Below are positions 39,970-48,310 of a DNA stretch of 64,000 nt, in pieces. Origin of the DNA: Candidatus Latescibacterota bacterium (GTDB lineage: Bacteria > Latescibacterota > UBA2968 > GCA-2709665); contig OZ250150.1 in assembly GCA_965237675.1 (NCBI GenBank), positions 2,464,001-2,528,000 on the forward strand, written 5' to 3'. Numbering within the stretch: the stretch's first letter is position 1; every line of letters starts with the position of its first letter. Under the pieces are notes generated by a model, which was not told the origin of the DNA, did not search any database, and worked only from the letters and a program-made list of their open reading frames with translations. Both the position numbers and the translations under genes were made by a program.

Positions 39970-40170
39970 ATGAAGAACGCGACGAGGTTTCCGAAAGGTT
40001 GGGACAAAGAACGTGCCAATCGTCTCCTGCAACATTACGAATCACAGACGGAGGACGAGGCGGTGGCGGAAGATGAGGCCGTCTTGGAGGATAAAACGCA
40101 AACGGTGATGGAAATCCCCAACGCGTTGGTACCCTCAGTCAGAGCGCTATTATCGCAACACGTCGAGTAA
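39970..40170 (+). CDS. Small acidic protein, probable antitoxin partner
   Basis: AGGAG RBS; FPKGWDKER...HYESQTEDEAVAEDEA...MEIPNALVPSVRALL; directly follows the toxin remnant. Confidence 0.7.
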   Translation: MKNATRFPKGWDKERANRLLQHYESQTEDEAVAEDEAVLEDKTQTVMEIPNALVPSVRALLSQHVE

Positions 40171-40666
40171 ACCGCACGTGTTTCTCCCGATCCCGTAGTA
40201 TCCCACCAATCAATTCCCCGCACCGTCGGAGTATCTTTGCCTGTATTTGATTAGATCCTCGTAAATCACTGCATCCGATGGCACCAGTTGATACGGCTTC
40301 CGCCACCACCAGTCCGAATTACAGATCGCTCATGCGATGCACCGGTGCGTTCGTAAGGTACAGACGACCATTACGGCGGGCAGGGTTCGCAGTCACCCGC
40401 TCGCCACAGAGGGTTGGAGAACAGCGCATCGAACAGATTTCCCTTGACTCGAAGCGGTTCTTGAAGTTCCTTCCTTATCTGGCGAATGAACTCCGTTTGT
40501 GCAGTTTGCGGTTGGCATTGTGCATTGTGATTTCGCGAAATTGAGTCGTCCCGTTCACTCCACTTCCAGGCGCGAGGAAGGAAGAGCAAAGTCGGATGTT
40601 CTTCAGTATTCCGGCGTCTGTACTTCGAGGGCGAGGAAACGGGTTTTTTGTTTACCTCGGGATTTT

Positions 40667-42301
40667 ATGCAGTCCATATCAGAGTTTCTAAGCGGAAAGA
40701 CGCTGTTTGTCACCGGTGCGACGGGGTTTCTGGCGAAGGGATTCGTGGAGAAGATCCTGTTTTCCGCGCCGGAGGTGGCGCGGATCTATCTCCTGATCCG
40801 GCCGCGGTCGCGTTCCAAGGGCCAACGGGTTTCCGAAACGGAACGGCTGGAGTCGGAAGTCCTTCAGTCGCGCGCGTTCGCAAGGTTGAGGACGAGGTGG
40901 GGCGCGGCGTTTCCTTCGGTCATGGCGGACAAGGTCATCGCGGTCGCCGGCGATCTGACCGAAGACGGACTGGGGATTTCCTCCGCGCAGCGCGAGCGTC
41001 TGGTCGAAGAAGCGGATTTCGTTGTCAACTACGCCGGCACCGTGGTTTTCGACGAACCCATCGACAGTGCGCTCGAACAGAATACAATGGGCGCCGCCCG
41101 GGTCGTGGCCTTCGCAAAAACCTGCCGGAAAGCCGCGCTCGTTCACGTGTCAACCGCGTACGTGAGCGGACAGCGGACCGGCCGGATTTCCGAGGCTCCG
41201 TTCCCCACTGACCGAAGCGTGGCGGATCTCATCAACGGAAGCGCGGCCGGGTTCGACCTGCAGGGAGAGATCGATGCCATTCGCGCCTTTGCCGACGAGG
41301 TGCGGGCGTCTTCCCGGCGGCCGGAACTGGAGGCGGCGTTCCTGAAACAACTCAGGCGTCAGGACCGGGGCAAACGCGTGACCGACTACCGGAAAGCGCA
41401 CCAGGTCGAGGCCCTTCGCCAGCGCTGGATCCGGAAGCAGTTGGTGGACGAAGGGATGCGCCGGGCGCGGCGGCTGGGTTGGAACGACAGTTACACGCTC
41501 ACCAAGGCGATGGGTGAGCAGTTGATCGTGAAGTCGCGGGGAGAACTTCCAACGGCCATCGTCCGGCCGGCGATCGTGGAAAGCAGCCTCGAGGATCCTG
41601 AGCCGGGCTGGGTGGAGGATCTGAAAGTGGCCGATCCCCTGATCGTCCACTACGGCAAAGGCCGGCTGTCGAATTTCCCCATCGATCCGGGGATCGTGCT
41701 GGATATTATACCCGTGGACGTGTTGAACAACGCCGTCACGGCGGTTCTTCCGCAGATACGCCGATCTGGGGAGATCAAGGTCTACCAGGTGGCCTCGGGT
41801 TCGCAGAATCCGGTGCGGGCGGGTGAAATTGTCGAACTGGTTTACGGGTACTTCAAAACCTCGCCCATGCAGGACCGGGACGGGCGGCCTATTGAAGTCC
41901 GGCCCTGGCAGTTCATCAGCAGGAGACGATTCTTCTGGATCGTTGTCTGGAAATACAAGCTTCCGCTGAGCCTTTTGAAGGCGGCCGTGGATTATTTGCC
42001 CGCCCGATGGTTTTCCCGTTACCGGCGGCGGGTTTCCGGCATGGAGACCATGCTGGAAAGGCTCGAGTCCCTGGTCGATATATATTGCGGGTACACCCAT
42101 CTCGACTGCGAATTCGAAACGGAGAATACCCGCCGGCTGTTCCAGGCGCTGAATCCAGAGGACCAGAAGGTTTTCAACTTCGACGTGACGCGCATTAACT
42201 GGCGGAAATATATCCAGGAGATTCACATTCCGGGATTAAAACACCACGTATTGAAAGAGGGGGACGGAGCGGTTTCCGTGTTAACCGCCGAAGCCGATTG
42301 A
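40667..42301 (+). CDS. Alcohol-forming fatty acyl-CoA reductase (NAD_binding_4 plus male-sterility domain)
   Basis: TLFVTGATGFLAK, IYLLIR, HVSTAYV, catalytic YTLTKAMGE, IVRPAIVES..EPGW, DIIPVD, C-terminal FNFDVTRINWRKYIQEIHIPGL. Confidence 0.9.
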   Translation: MQSISEFLSGKTLFVTGATGFLAKGFVEKILFSAPEVARIYLLIRPRSRSKGQRVSETERLESEVLQSRAFARLRTRWGAAFPSVMADKVIAVAGDLTEDGLGISSAQRERLVEEADFVVNYAGTVVFDEPIDSALEQNTMGAARVVAFAKTCRKAALVHVSTAYVSGQRTGRISEAPFPTDRSVADLINGSAAGFDLQGEIDAIRAFADEVRASSRRPELEAAFLKQLRRQDRGKRVTDYRKAHQVEALRQRWIRKQLVDEGMRRARRLGWNDSYTLTKAMGEQLIVKSRGELPTAIVRPAIVESSLEDPEPGWVEDLKVADPLIVHYGKGRLSNFPIDPGIVLDIIPVDVLNNAVTAVLPQIRRSGEIKVYQVASGSQNPVRAGEIVELVYGYFKTSPMQDRDGRPIEVRPWQFISRRRFFWIVVWKYKLPLSLLKAAVDYLPARWFSRYRRRVSGMETMLERLESLVDIYCGYTHLDCEFETENTRRLFQALNPEDQKVFNFDVTRINWRKYIQEIHIPGLKHHVLKEGDGAVSVLTAEAD

Positions 42302-42428
42302 CCGGCCTGTGGGCGTTGGAGGTTCAAGGTCGTCAACGGTCGTAGATTCCCGTGATCGGGACGCGTCCGGGGCGTTTCGGAACCGGGGGCGGGCGGGCTT
42401 CCGGCTCTTTTTTTGGGACTGTGGACGT

Positions 42429-44369
42429 ATGGATCGAAATCAATCGGTTCCCGTGCACAAGATGCTGGTGCAGGATCCGGCACGGCTGTGTATCGCATAC
42501 GACCAAGCCGCCGCGGAACTGATCGCGGCCGTGACGCCCGAGGGCTATTTCGAAGGGTGGGCGCCCGAGGATCTGACGTGGCCGGCCGGCGGCCCCGAAG
42601 AGATCGGACTTGAAGGACTGGAAAAGCGGGCGCGGATCGTGAACGCGATTCACCAGGGCGTTCCGGCGCTGCGAGACAGGCGTTTGAAGGAGGCCCACGC
42701 CAATTTCGACGAACTGACACCCGCGTACCACGAAGGCAGCAGAATCTACCTGCGGCTGCAGGATCAGTTCGTGTCCACGGGCGCGGGCACGGCACGGGAT
42801 TTTCTCAAGCGCTACCAATCTCTGTACGTGGAGGCGCTGGCGAAGGGGGACGATTTTTCGCCTGACATGGGCGAGACGTCCCTCGCGGAAGCCCGGATCT
42901 CCCGGGTGCCGTTGTCCCACGCCAGGGCCGTGGCGGAAGCGCTTTCCCGCGTGGCGATGGACGACGATCCTCTTTGGGAGGCCGAATACGTCTGTACGGT
43001 GGATGGAACAACGTGGAAGGGATCCCTTCGGAAACTCCTGGAAGACGTGGCTGCGCGGACGTTGCACTACATTGCCGCCGGAGAGCTTCTCGCCACGCGC
43101 TACAATACGTACAACAACCTGGGATGGTTCGGCAGTTCGGTGTGGAAGGTGGTCGCGGAAGCCGATGTCCTGCTGTGCCGGATGGAAGAAATTGATCCCG
43201 CTCGCTTGGCGGCCCTTAAGGCGGACGTGGCCCTGGGCCAGAGCATGCTGGTGGAGTTTCTGGCGGCCCACCGGGAAGATCCCTCCCGGCTCAGGCCGGA
43301 GAATTACTGGTACGGGCAGCCGTACAGTTATCTGACGCGGGATATGGTCGACCTGAGCGCCCGAATCGTAGATGGCGTGAATACGGTGGTACGAGAACGG
43401 GACGGGTTGACGGATATGGCGCTCCCTCCCCTGCTGGCCGGCACCCGGACCGGTCGGTTTCTGGACTACGCTCACGTGGGAAAAACGGAGGAACTGACGT
43501 CCTTTCGGCGCAAGCTCCGGATGTTGCGGTGGGCAAGGTGCTGCTGGCGGGTGGGGAAACGCAGGCGACGGATCGCGGAGGAGGATCTCGCGCCGTCTCT
43601 CAGGCACCAGCGTGCGTGGGACGTCTGGCTGGCGTGGTCCCGGGATACGATGGATGCGTTCGGCATCCGCCTGGATGTGACCGTGGCCCCCATGTTTCGC
43701 ACGCTCGTTCGGGAAATGGACCTTTCCGGTGGCGGTCAGAAGATTCTGTTCCTGCCCTCGCACCAGAGCATGCTGGAGCATTTCGTGGTGTTTTCGGTGT
43801 TCAACGATCCGGTGTTTCTGGATGCCATGGGATGGGATCGTTCCCGCCCGGTGGTACAGTTGGCCCGCACGGGTCTGGCGAAGTCGACGTCGGTGAAGAT
43901 CGGATCCCGCGAGATCAGTATCTTCGGTATGTCTCCCGACAAGTTCGACCGGATGTTCGAGACCGTCGACGGCTTCATCACTCGAGACAGCGTGGATATC
44001 TCATCCCATACGATTCCGCGCATGCTGCAGGAGATGGAACACCGCCCGGGTCTGATCTATCCGATGGGCACAACGGCTTCCTTCGACGTGCAGTTGTTTC
44101 CGCTGCAACACGCTTTGTTTGCGAAACTGCCCCAGGACGTCGTGATGATTCCCATCGCCTTTCGCGGCAGCCATTCGCTCTGGCCAAAGTGTCCGGCGCG
44201 TAATCTGAATATCAATCCAGGTGTGATCGAGGCGGTGATCTTACCACCTATGCCAGGCGAGACCACGTTGCTGCCTCGCCGCCGGTCCCTGCGAATCCAG
44301 CTGGAGGCCGCCAATCTGCTTCAGGCGGTCCATATATCGAATTTGCTGAATCCGGAACCGTCGCAATGA
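42429..44369 (+). CDS. Atypical glycerolipid acyltransferase (C-terminal PlsC/GNPAT-like domain, long unknown N-terminal region)
   Basis: KILFLPSHQSMLEH (Hx4E variant of Hx4D), LIYPMGTT (variant of FPEGT), MIPIAFRGSHSLWPK, PGVIEAVILPP. Confidence 0.7.
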   Translation: MDRNQSVPVHKMLVQDPARLCIAYDQAAAELIAAVTPEGYFEGWAPEDLTWPAGGPEEIGLEGLEKRARIVNAIHQGVPALRDRRLKEAHANFDELTPAYHEGSRIYLRLQDQFVSTGAGTARDFLKRYQSLYVEALAKGDDFSPDMGETSLAEARISRVPLSHARAVAEALSRVAMDDDPLWEAEYVCTVDGTTWKGSLRKLLEDVAARTLHYIAAGELLATRYNTYNNLGWFGSSVWKVVAEADVLLCRMEEIDPARLAALKADVALGQSMLVEFLAAHREDPSRLRPENYWYGQPYSYLTRDMVDLSARIVDGVNTVVRERDGLTDMALPPLLAGTRTGRFLDYAHVGKTEELTSFRRKLRMLRWARCCWRVGKRRRRIAEEDLAPSLRHQRAWDVWLAWSRDTMDAFGIRLDVTVAPMFRTLVREMDLSGGGQKILFLPSHQSMLEHFVVFSVFNDPVFLDAMGWDRSRPVVQLARTGLAKSTSVKIGSREISIFGMSPDKFDRMFETVDGFITRDSVDISSHTIPRMLQEMEHRPGLIYPMGTTASFDVQLFPLQHALFAKLPQDVVMIPIAFRGSHSLWPKCPARNLNINPGVIEAVILPPMPGETTLLPRRRSLRIQLEAANLLQAVHISNLLNPEPSQ

Positions 44370-44459
44370 GAATCCGCGCCGGGACGTCCGGGGTTATCCC
44401 TAAGGTTTGGTCGGCCGCGTTCGCCGGGCTCGGCCGGTTTCGGTAATCGGGAGTGCGTT

Positions 44460-46307
44460 ATGACTGACTGGGGAATTGCAGCGGTTGCCGTAGCGGTTGT
44501 TCTCGCGGTAGCGCTTCTGGCGAAACGGAGGCGATCCGAAAGCGAACCGGACGCTTTTTTCGATCATTCCGAAGCGGAACGATTCCCCCACAAGTGGGGA
44601 TATACGGATACGAGGTTCGAGTTCGTAGACGACCGGACAGTGAGGGTAACCGGGAGCCGGTACCCGATTTCGGGATACCGGATGCCGTTTCTGGTCGCCT
44701 TTGTGGAGGACGTGCTGGGCATTGCGATCCGAAGGGAAGACTCGTACGAAGAGCGTGAGGATACCGGAACGCCGGAGCCGAACGTGGAAGCAGCTTTCGG
44801 TAACGCGGTGAAAGAACGGTTCAGAGAAGGGCAGGTTTCGTTCGATCCCAAAGCCAGGCTGGTGCACAGCCACGGACAGCTGAGTGTTGAGGAAGTGTAT
44901 CGCGTGATGTATGGAGATTCACTTCCGCGTCTGGTCGATCTGGTGTTCTATCCGGAGGATGAGGCCGACGTCAAGGCCATGATCGAATTGGCCAACGAGC
45001 ACAATGTCTGCCTGGTGCCGTACGGTGGGGGGACCAATGTGAGCGGGGCGCTGGCGTGTCCGCCAGACGAGCGGCGCACGATCGTTTCCGTGGATATGCG
45101 TCGGATGAACCGGGTGCTGTGGATTGACGAGGCGAATCTGCAGGCCTGCGTCGAGGCGGGTATTTCGGGAAAGGAACTCGAGCACGTGCTCGGTGAGCGG
45201 GATTACACGTCGGGGCACGACCCGGATAGCGTGGAACTGTCCACGATGGGCGGGTGGATTTCGACCAATGCCAGCGGGATGAAGAAGAACCGGTATGGCA
45301 ATATAGAAGACATCGTGCTCGAGGCGACGCTGGTGACGCCCACCGGCGAAATCGCGACCCGCCGGGTGACGCCCAGAAACTCGACGGGTGTCCAGCCCAG
45401 GGTGTTTTTGTTCGGCAGCGAGGGCAATTTCGGCATTATCACCTCGGCGGTGATCAAGATTCATCCGATCCCCGAGGCGCGTAAGTACGGGGCGCTTGTT
45501 TTTCCGGCCTTCGAGAAGGGCGTGGAATATTTGAAGGCGCTTCGGCAGACCGGAATGCTGCCGGCGAGCATCCGCCTGGTCAACAACAACGAATTCAGGT
45601 TCGGGCAGGCACTGAAACCGGAGCCGACATTTTTAAAGGGCGTCAAAGACCGGATCCAGAAGTTCGTTCTGATAAAGGTCCTGGGTTTCGATCCGGAGAA
45701 GATGGCGGCATGTACCATCGTGATGGAAGGCACGCACGATGAAGTGCGCCAGCAGGAACGCACGATCTTCAGCCTGGCGAAAAAATACGGCGCCAAGAGC
45801 GCGGGCGCGAGCAACGGCAAGCGGGGATACTCGCTCACGTTCGGGATCGCCTATATTCGAGACTTCCTGAATCAGTACGGCATTCTTGGCGAGACATTTG
45901 AGACGTCTGTCCCATGGGATCGGGTTCATCAGGTGTGCGATGCGGTATCCGGCGAACTGGTTACGCAGGCCGGCAGCTACGGCGTCCCCGGAAATCCCTA
46001 TCTCTCGTACAGGGTGACGCAGACCTATCATACCGGAGTCTGCATCTATTTTACGATGGGCATTTACGGCAAGGGCCTTGATCGGCCCGGCCGGGTGTTC
46101 CACGCGATCGAACACCGGCTGCGTCAGGTGATTCTGGACAACGGAGGCTCCTTGTCGCACCATCACGGCGTTGGCAAGGTGAGGCGGGAATTCCTGCCTC
46201 AGATTCAGACCGATAACAGCATCCAGGTCATGCGCCAGGCGAAGAACGCGATGGATCCGAAGAACATCTTTGGGATACGCAACGGCGTTTTTGGGGGAAC
46301 TGACTGA
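44460..46307 (+). CDS. agpS: Alkyl-dihydroxyacetonephosphate synthase (FAD-linked, animal AGPS-like)
   Basis: KWGY.D, TGSRYP, VPYGGGTNV, GHDPDSVELSTMGGWISTNASGMKKNRYGNIED, GSEGNFGIIT, PASIRL, RVTQTY..G.CIYF, GSLSHHHGVGK. Confidence 0.9.
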   Translation: MTDWGIAAVAVAVVLAVALLAKRRRSESEPDAFFDHSEAERFPHKWGYTDTRFEFVDDRTVRVTGSRYPISGYRMPFLVAFVEDVLGIAIRREDSYEEREDTGTPEPNVEAAFGNAVKERFREGQVSFDPKARLVHSHGQLSVEEVYRVMYGDSLPRLVDLVFYPEDEADVKAMIELANEHNVCLVPYGGGTNVSGALACPPDERRTIVSVDMRRMNRVLWIDEANLQACVEAGISGKELEHVLGERDYTSGHDPDSVELSTMGGWISTNASGMKKNRYGNIEDIVLEATLVTPTGEIATRRVTPRNSTGVQPRVFLFGSEGNFGIITSAVIKIHPIPEARKYGALVFPAFEKGVEYLKALRQTGMLPASIRLVNNNEFRFGQALKPEPTFLKGVKDRIQKFVLIKVLGFDPEKMAACTIVMEGTHDEVRQQERTIFSLAKKYGAKSAGASNGKRGYSLTFGIAYIRDFLNQYGILGETFETSVPWDRVHQVCDAVSGELVTQAGSYGVPGNPYLSYRVTQTYHTGVCIYFTMGIYGKGLDRPGRVFHAIEHRLRQVILDNGGSLSHHHGVGKVRREFLPQIQTDNSIQVMRQAKNAMDPKNIFGIRNGVFGGTD

Positions 46308-46317
46308 CGGAGAAATT

Positions 46318-46470
46318 GGGGAAAGGCGACGGATGGGTCGTGCTCCGAGCCCGCAAAGTCTTTCTCTTATCTCTTTTAATATTAATTTTTTACGCCCTTT
46401 TTCTTTCTCGCCAAAGAAAAAGGGCCAAAAAGAACGGCGCCGCTCGGCGCGGGGCCGTTCTTTCCGTGAA
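46318..46470. repeat. Dispersed ~155-bp repeat core, copy 3 (inverted relative to copies 1 and 2)
   Basis: GGGAAAGGCGA...TAATATTAAT...CTTTTTCTTT-CTCGCC-AAAGAAAAAG...GAACGGCGCCGCTCGGCGCGG...TTTCCGTGAA. Confidence 0.85.
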
Positions 46471-46479
46471 CCACCTTAG

Positions 46480-46520
46480 CAGCCCGTTGAAAAAGTCCAT
46501 CCGGGCTGCGTCCGGCCCTC
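46480..46520 (+). mobile_element. Solo left end of the 13607-13878 MITE
   Basis: TTAG|CAGCCCGTTGAAAAAGTCCATCCGGGCTGCGTCCGGC matches 13607-13645; TTAG is the reverse complement of the CTAA target. Confidence 0.75.
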
Positions 46521-46684
46521 CGTTTCGCTAAACGGTATGTGGCGGTATGGTCTTCTTCCGTCTACCCTCTAGCACGGAAAAACCCCCCACGTGTTTTCGG
46601 TCTTGCCGCCAGGTTCACCTCTACCGACTTTAGCTGACGGCTGTCTACTGACCGCCGATAGCTGACTTTAAATGGTTTTTTTTT

Positions 46685-47491
46685 ATGTTCGACGGAAAGA
46701 TCGTTGCGATAACCGGAGCGTCGTCGGGTCTGGGCGCCACGCTGGCGCTGGCGTTCGCGGAATATGGAGCCGATCTGGCACTGTTCGCGCTGGACGAGGG
46801 TGTACAGGACACGGCGGCGCGTTGCCGGGAGCGGGGCGGCCGCGTGATTACGGCCACGGGCGACGTTGGAAAACCCGAGGACTGCGAGGCGTGGATCGGC
46901 GCGGCCGTTGCCGAGTTCGGGGCCGTGGATTATCTGATCGCGTGCGCCGGGATCAGCATGTGGGCCAGGTTCGACGAGGTGGAGGACCTGGGGATTTTCC
47001 GCAGGTTGATGGACACGAACTATCTGGGTATCGTGCATTGCGTGTATTACGCGCTGCCCCATCTGAAAGCGCGCGACGGGATGGTGGTGGCGATATCGTC
47101 CATTCAGGGCAAGATCGGCGTGCCCATGCACACGGGATACGTGGCCTCCAAGCATGCCGTGCAGGGGTTCTTCGAGTCGTTGCGGACGGAGTTGCTCGAC
47201 ACCGGCGTGGACGTGCTTACGGTGCTGCCACACTGGCTGCGCGGGACCAATTTGCGCAAGGCGGCCTTCGGAAAGGACGGCGGCTCCCTGGGCCCGTCCA
47301 GCCGAAAGCACAGCAGGGAGTCGATTTCGCTGGACGACGCCTGCAAAGCCATCATCGAGGCCATGAAAAAGAGGAAGCGGGAACTGATTATTCCGTTCAA
47401 GCTCCGTTTTCTGCCCTGGCTGCACCTGATCCATCCGAAGATCGTCGAATACCTGGTAACGCGAGGCGTGGCGAAACAGGAGAAGGGTTAA
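46685..47491 (+). CDS. Classical SDR of the DHRS7/DHRS7B (11beta-HSD1-like) group; candidate acyl/alkyl-DHAP reductase
   Basis: ITGASSGLG, ACAGISM, LMDTNYLG, ISSIQGK, YVASKHAVQGFFESLRTEL. Confidence 0.85.
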   Translation: MFDGKIVAITGASSGLGATLALAFAEYGADLALFALDEGVQDTAARCRERGGRVITATGDVGKPEDCEAWIGAAVAEFGAVDYLIACAGISMWARFDEVEDLGIFRRLMDTNYLGIVHCVYYALPHLKARDGMVVAISSIQGKIGVPMHTGYVASKHAVQGFFESLRTELLDTGVDVLTVLPHWLRGTNLRKAAFGKDGGSLGPSSRKHSRESISLDDACKAIIEAMKKRKRELIIPFKLRFLPWLHLIHPKIVEYLVTRGVAKQEKG

Positions 47492-47537
47492 TGTCGGGTT
47501 GGGCCGGCGGGTTGCAGTTGGAAGCGCGGGACAGGAT

Positions 47538-48233
47538 TCAGGAAAAGAGTCCATCCACGTCCAGGTGTTGTTCAATCAATTCGGGCATGCATCCAAGGTC
47601 GCCGGCGTCCACGTCCACGCCGGAATCGTAGGGCAGGATGCCGAGGGACGGAATTCCGGAGACGCGGAAGATCACGTCCGGGCTGGTGCGGGCGGCGCGC
47701 GGATCGCCGTCCCGGGTGGTATTGTAGACGACGCCTCTGACCTCCAGGTTGCGCTTTTCAGCGGCTTCGAGCGTCAGCAGGGTGTGATTGATCGTGCCTA
47801 ATTCGGCGCGGGCGACCACCAGCAGGGGCAGGCCCAGCCGGCCCGCGAGGTCCGCGACCATGACATCATCCCGAATCGGAACCAGCAGGCCGCCCACGCC
47901 CTCCACGAGAACGGTTTCGTGAAGGGTTGCCAGGCGACGATAGGCATTGACGATGGGTTCCAGGTGGACGTGGCGACCTTCCAGTTCGGCTGCCACGTTG
48001 GGCGACAGCGGCGCGGCGAGGCGCACGGGGTTGATCAATTCGAGGGAATCGGAGACGCCCGCGGCATTCTTGAGGAATCGCGCGTCGGTTGTGCCGCCGG
48101 ATGAGACCGGCTTGAACACGCCAACGTCAACCCCGCGGCCGCGAAGGACGGCGGCGAGACCGGCGGTCACGGCGGTTTTGCCCGCACCCGTGTCGGTGGC
48201 GGTGACGAAGAATCCCCTGGGTCGCATTTTCAA
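47538..48233 (-). CDS. bioD: Dethiobiotin synthase
   Basis: FVTATDTGAGKT, FKPVSSG, VEGVGGLLVP, LGTINHTLLT. Confidence 0.95.
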   Translation of the reverse strand: MKMRPRGFFVTATDTGAGKTAVTAGLAAVLRGRGVDVGVFKPVSSGGTTDARFLKNAAGVSDSLELINPVRLAAPLSPNVAAELEGRHVHLEPIVNAYRRLATLHETVLVEGVGGLLVPIRDDVMVADLAGRLGLPLLVVARAELGTINHTLLTLEAAEKRNLEVRGVVYNTTRDGDPRAARTSPDVIFRVSGIPSLGILPYDSGVDVDAGDLGCMPELIEQHLDVDGLFS

Positions 48234-48310
48234 TGTGTCTCCGGAAGCGGGGCGAACCCGTGCAGTCGCGCCCGGGGGTCTCTTTCAGGCCGCCGACAGG
48301 CGGCTTCTGA

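Noticed and set aside
42375-42416. GC-rich stretch plus T7 tract between FAR and the acyltransferase as a terminator
   Set aside because: The stem is imperfect and not immediately adjacent to the T run; cannot be supported without a folding calculation.
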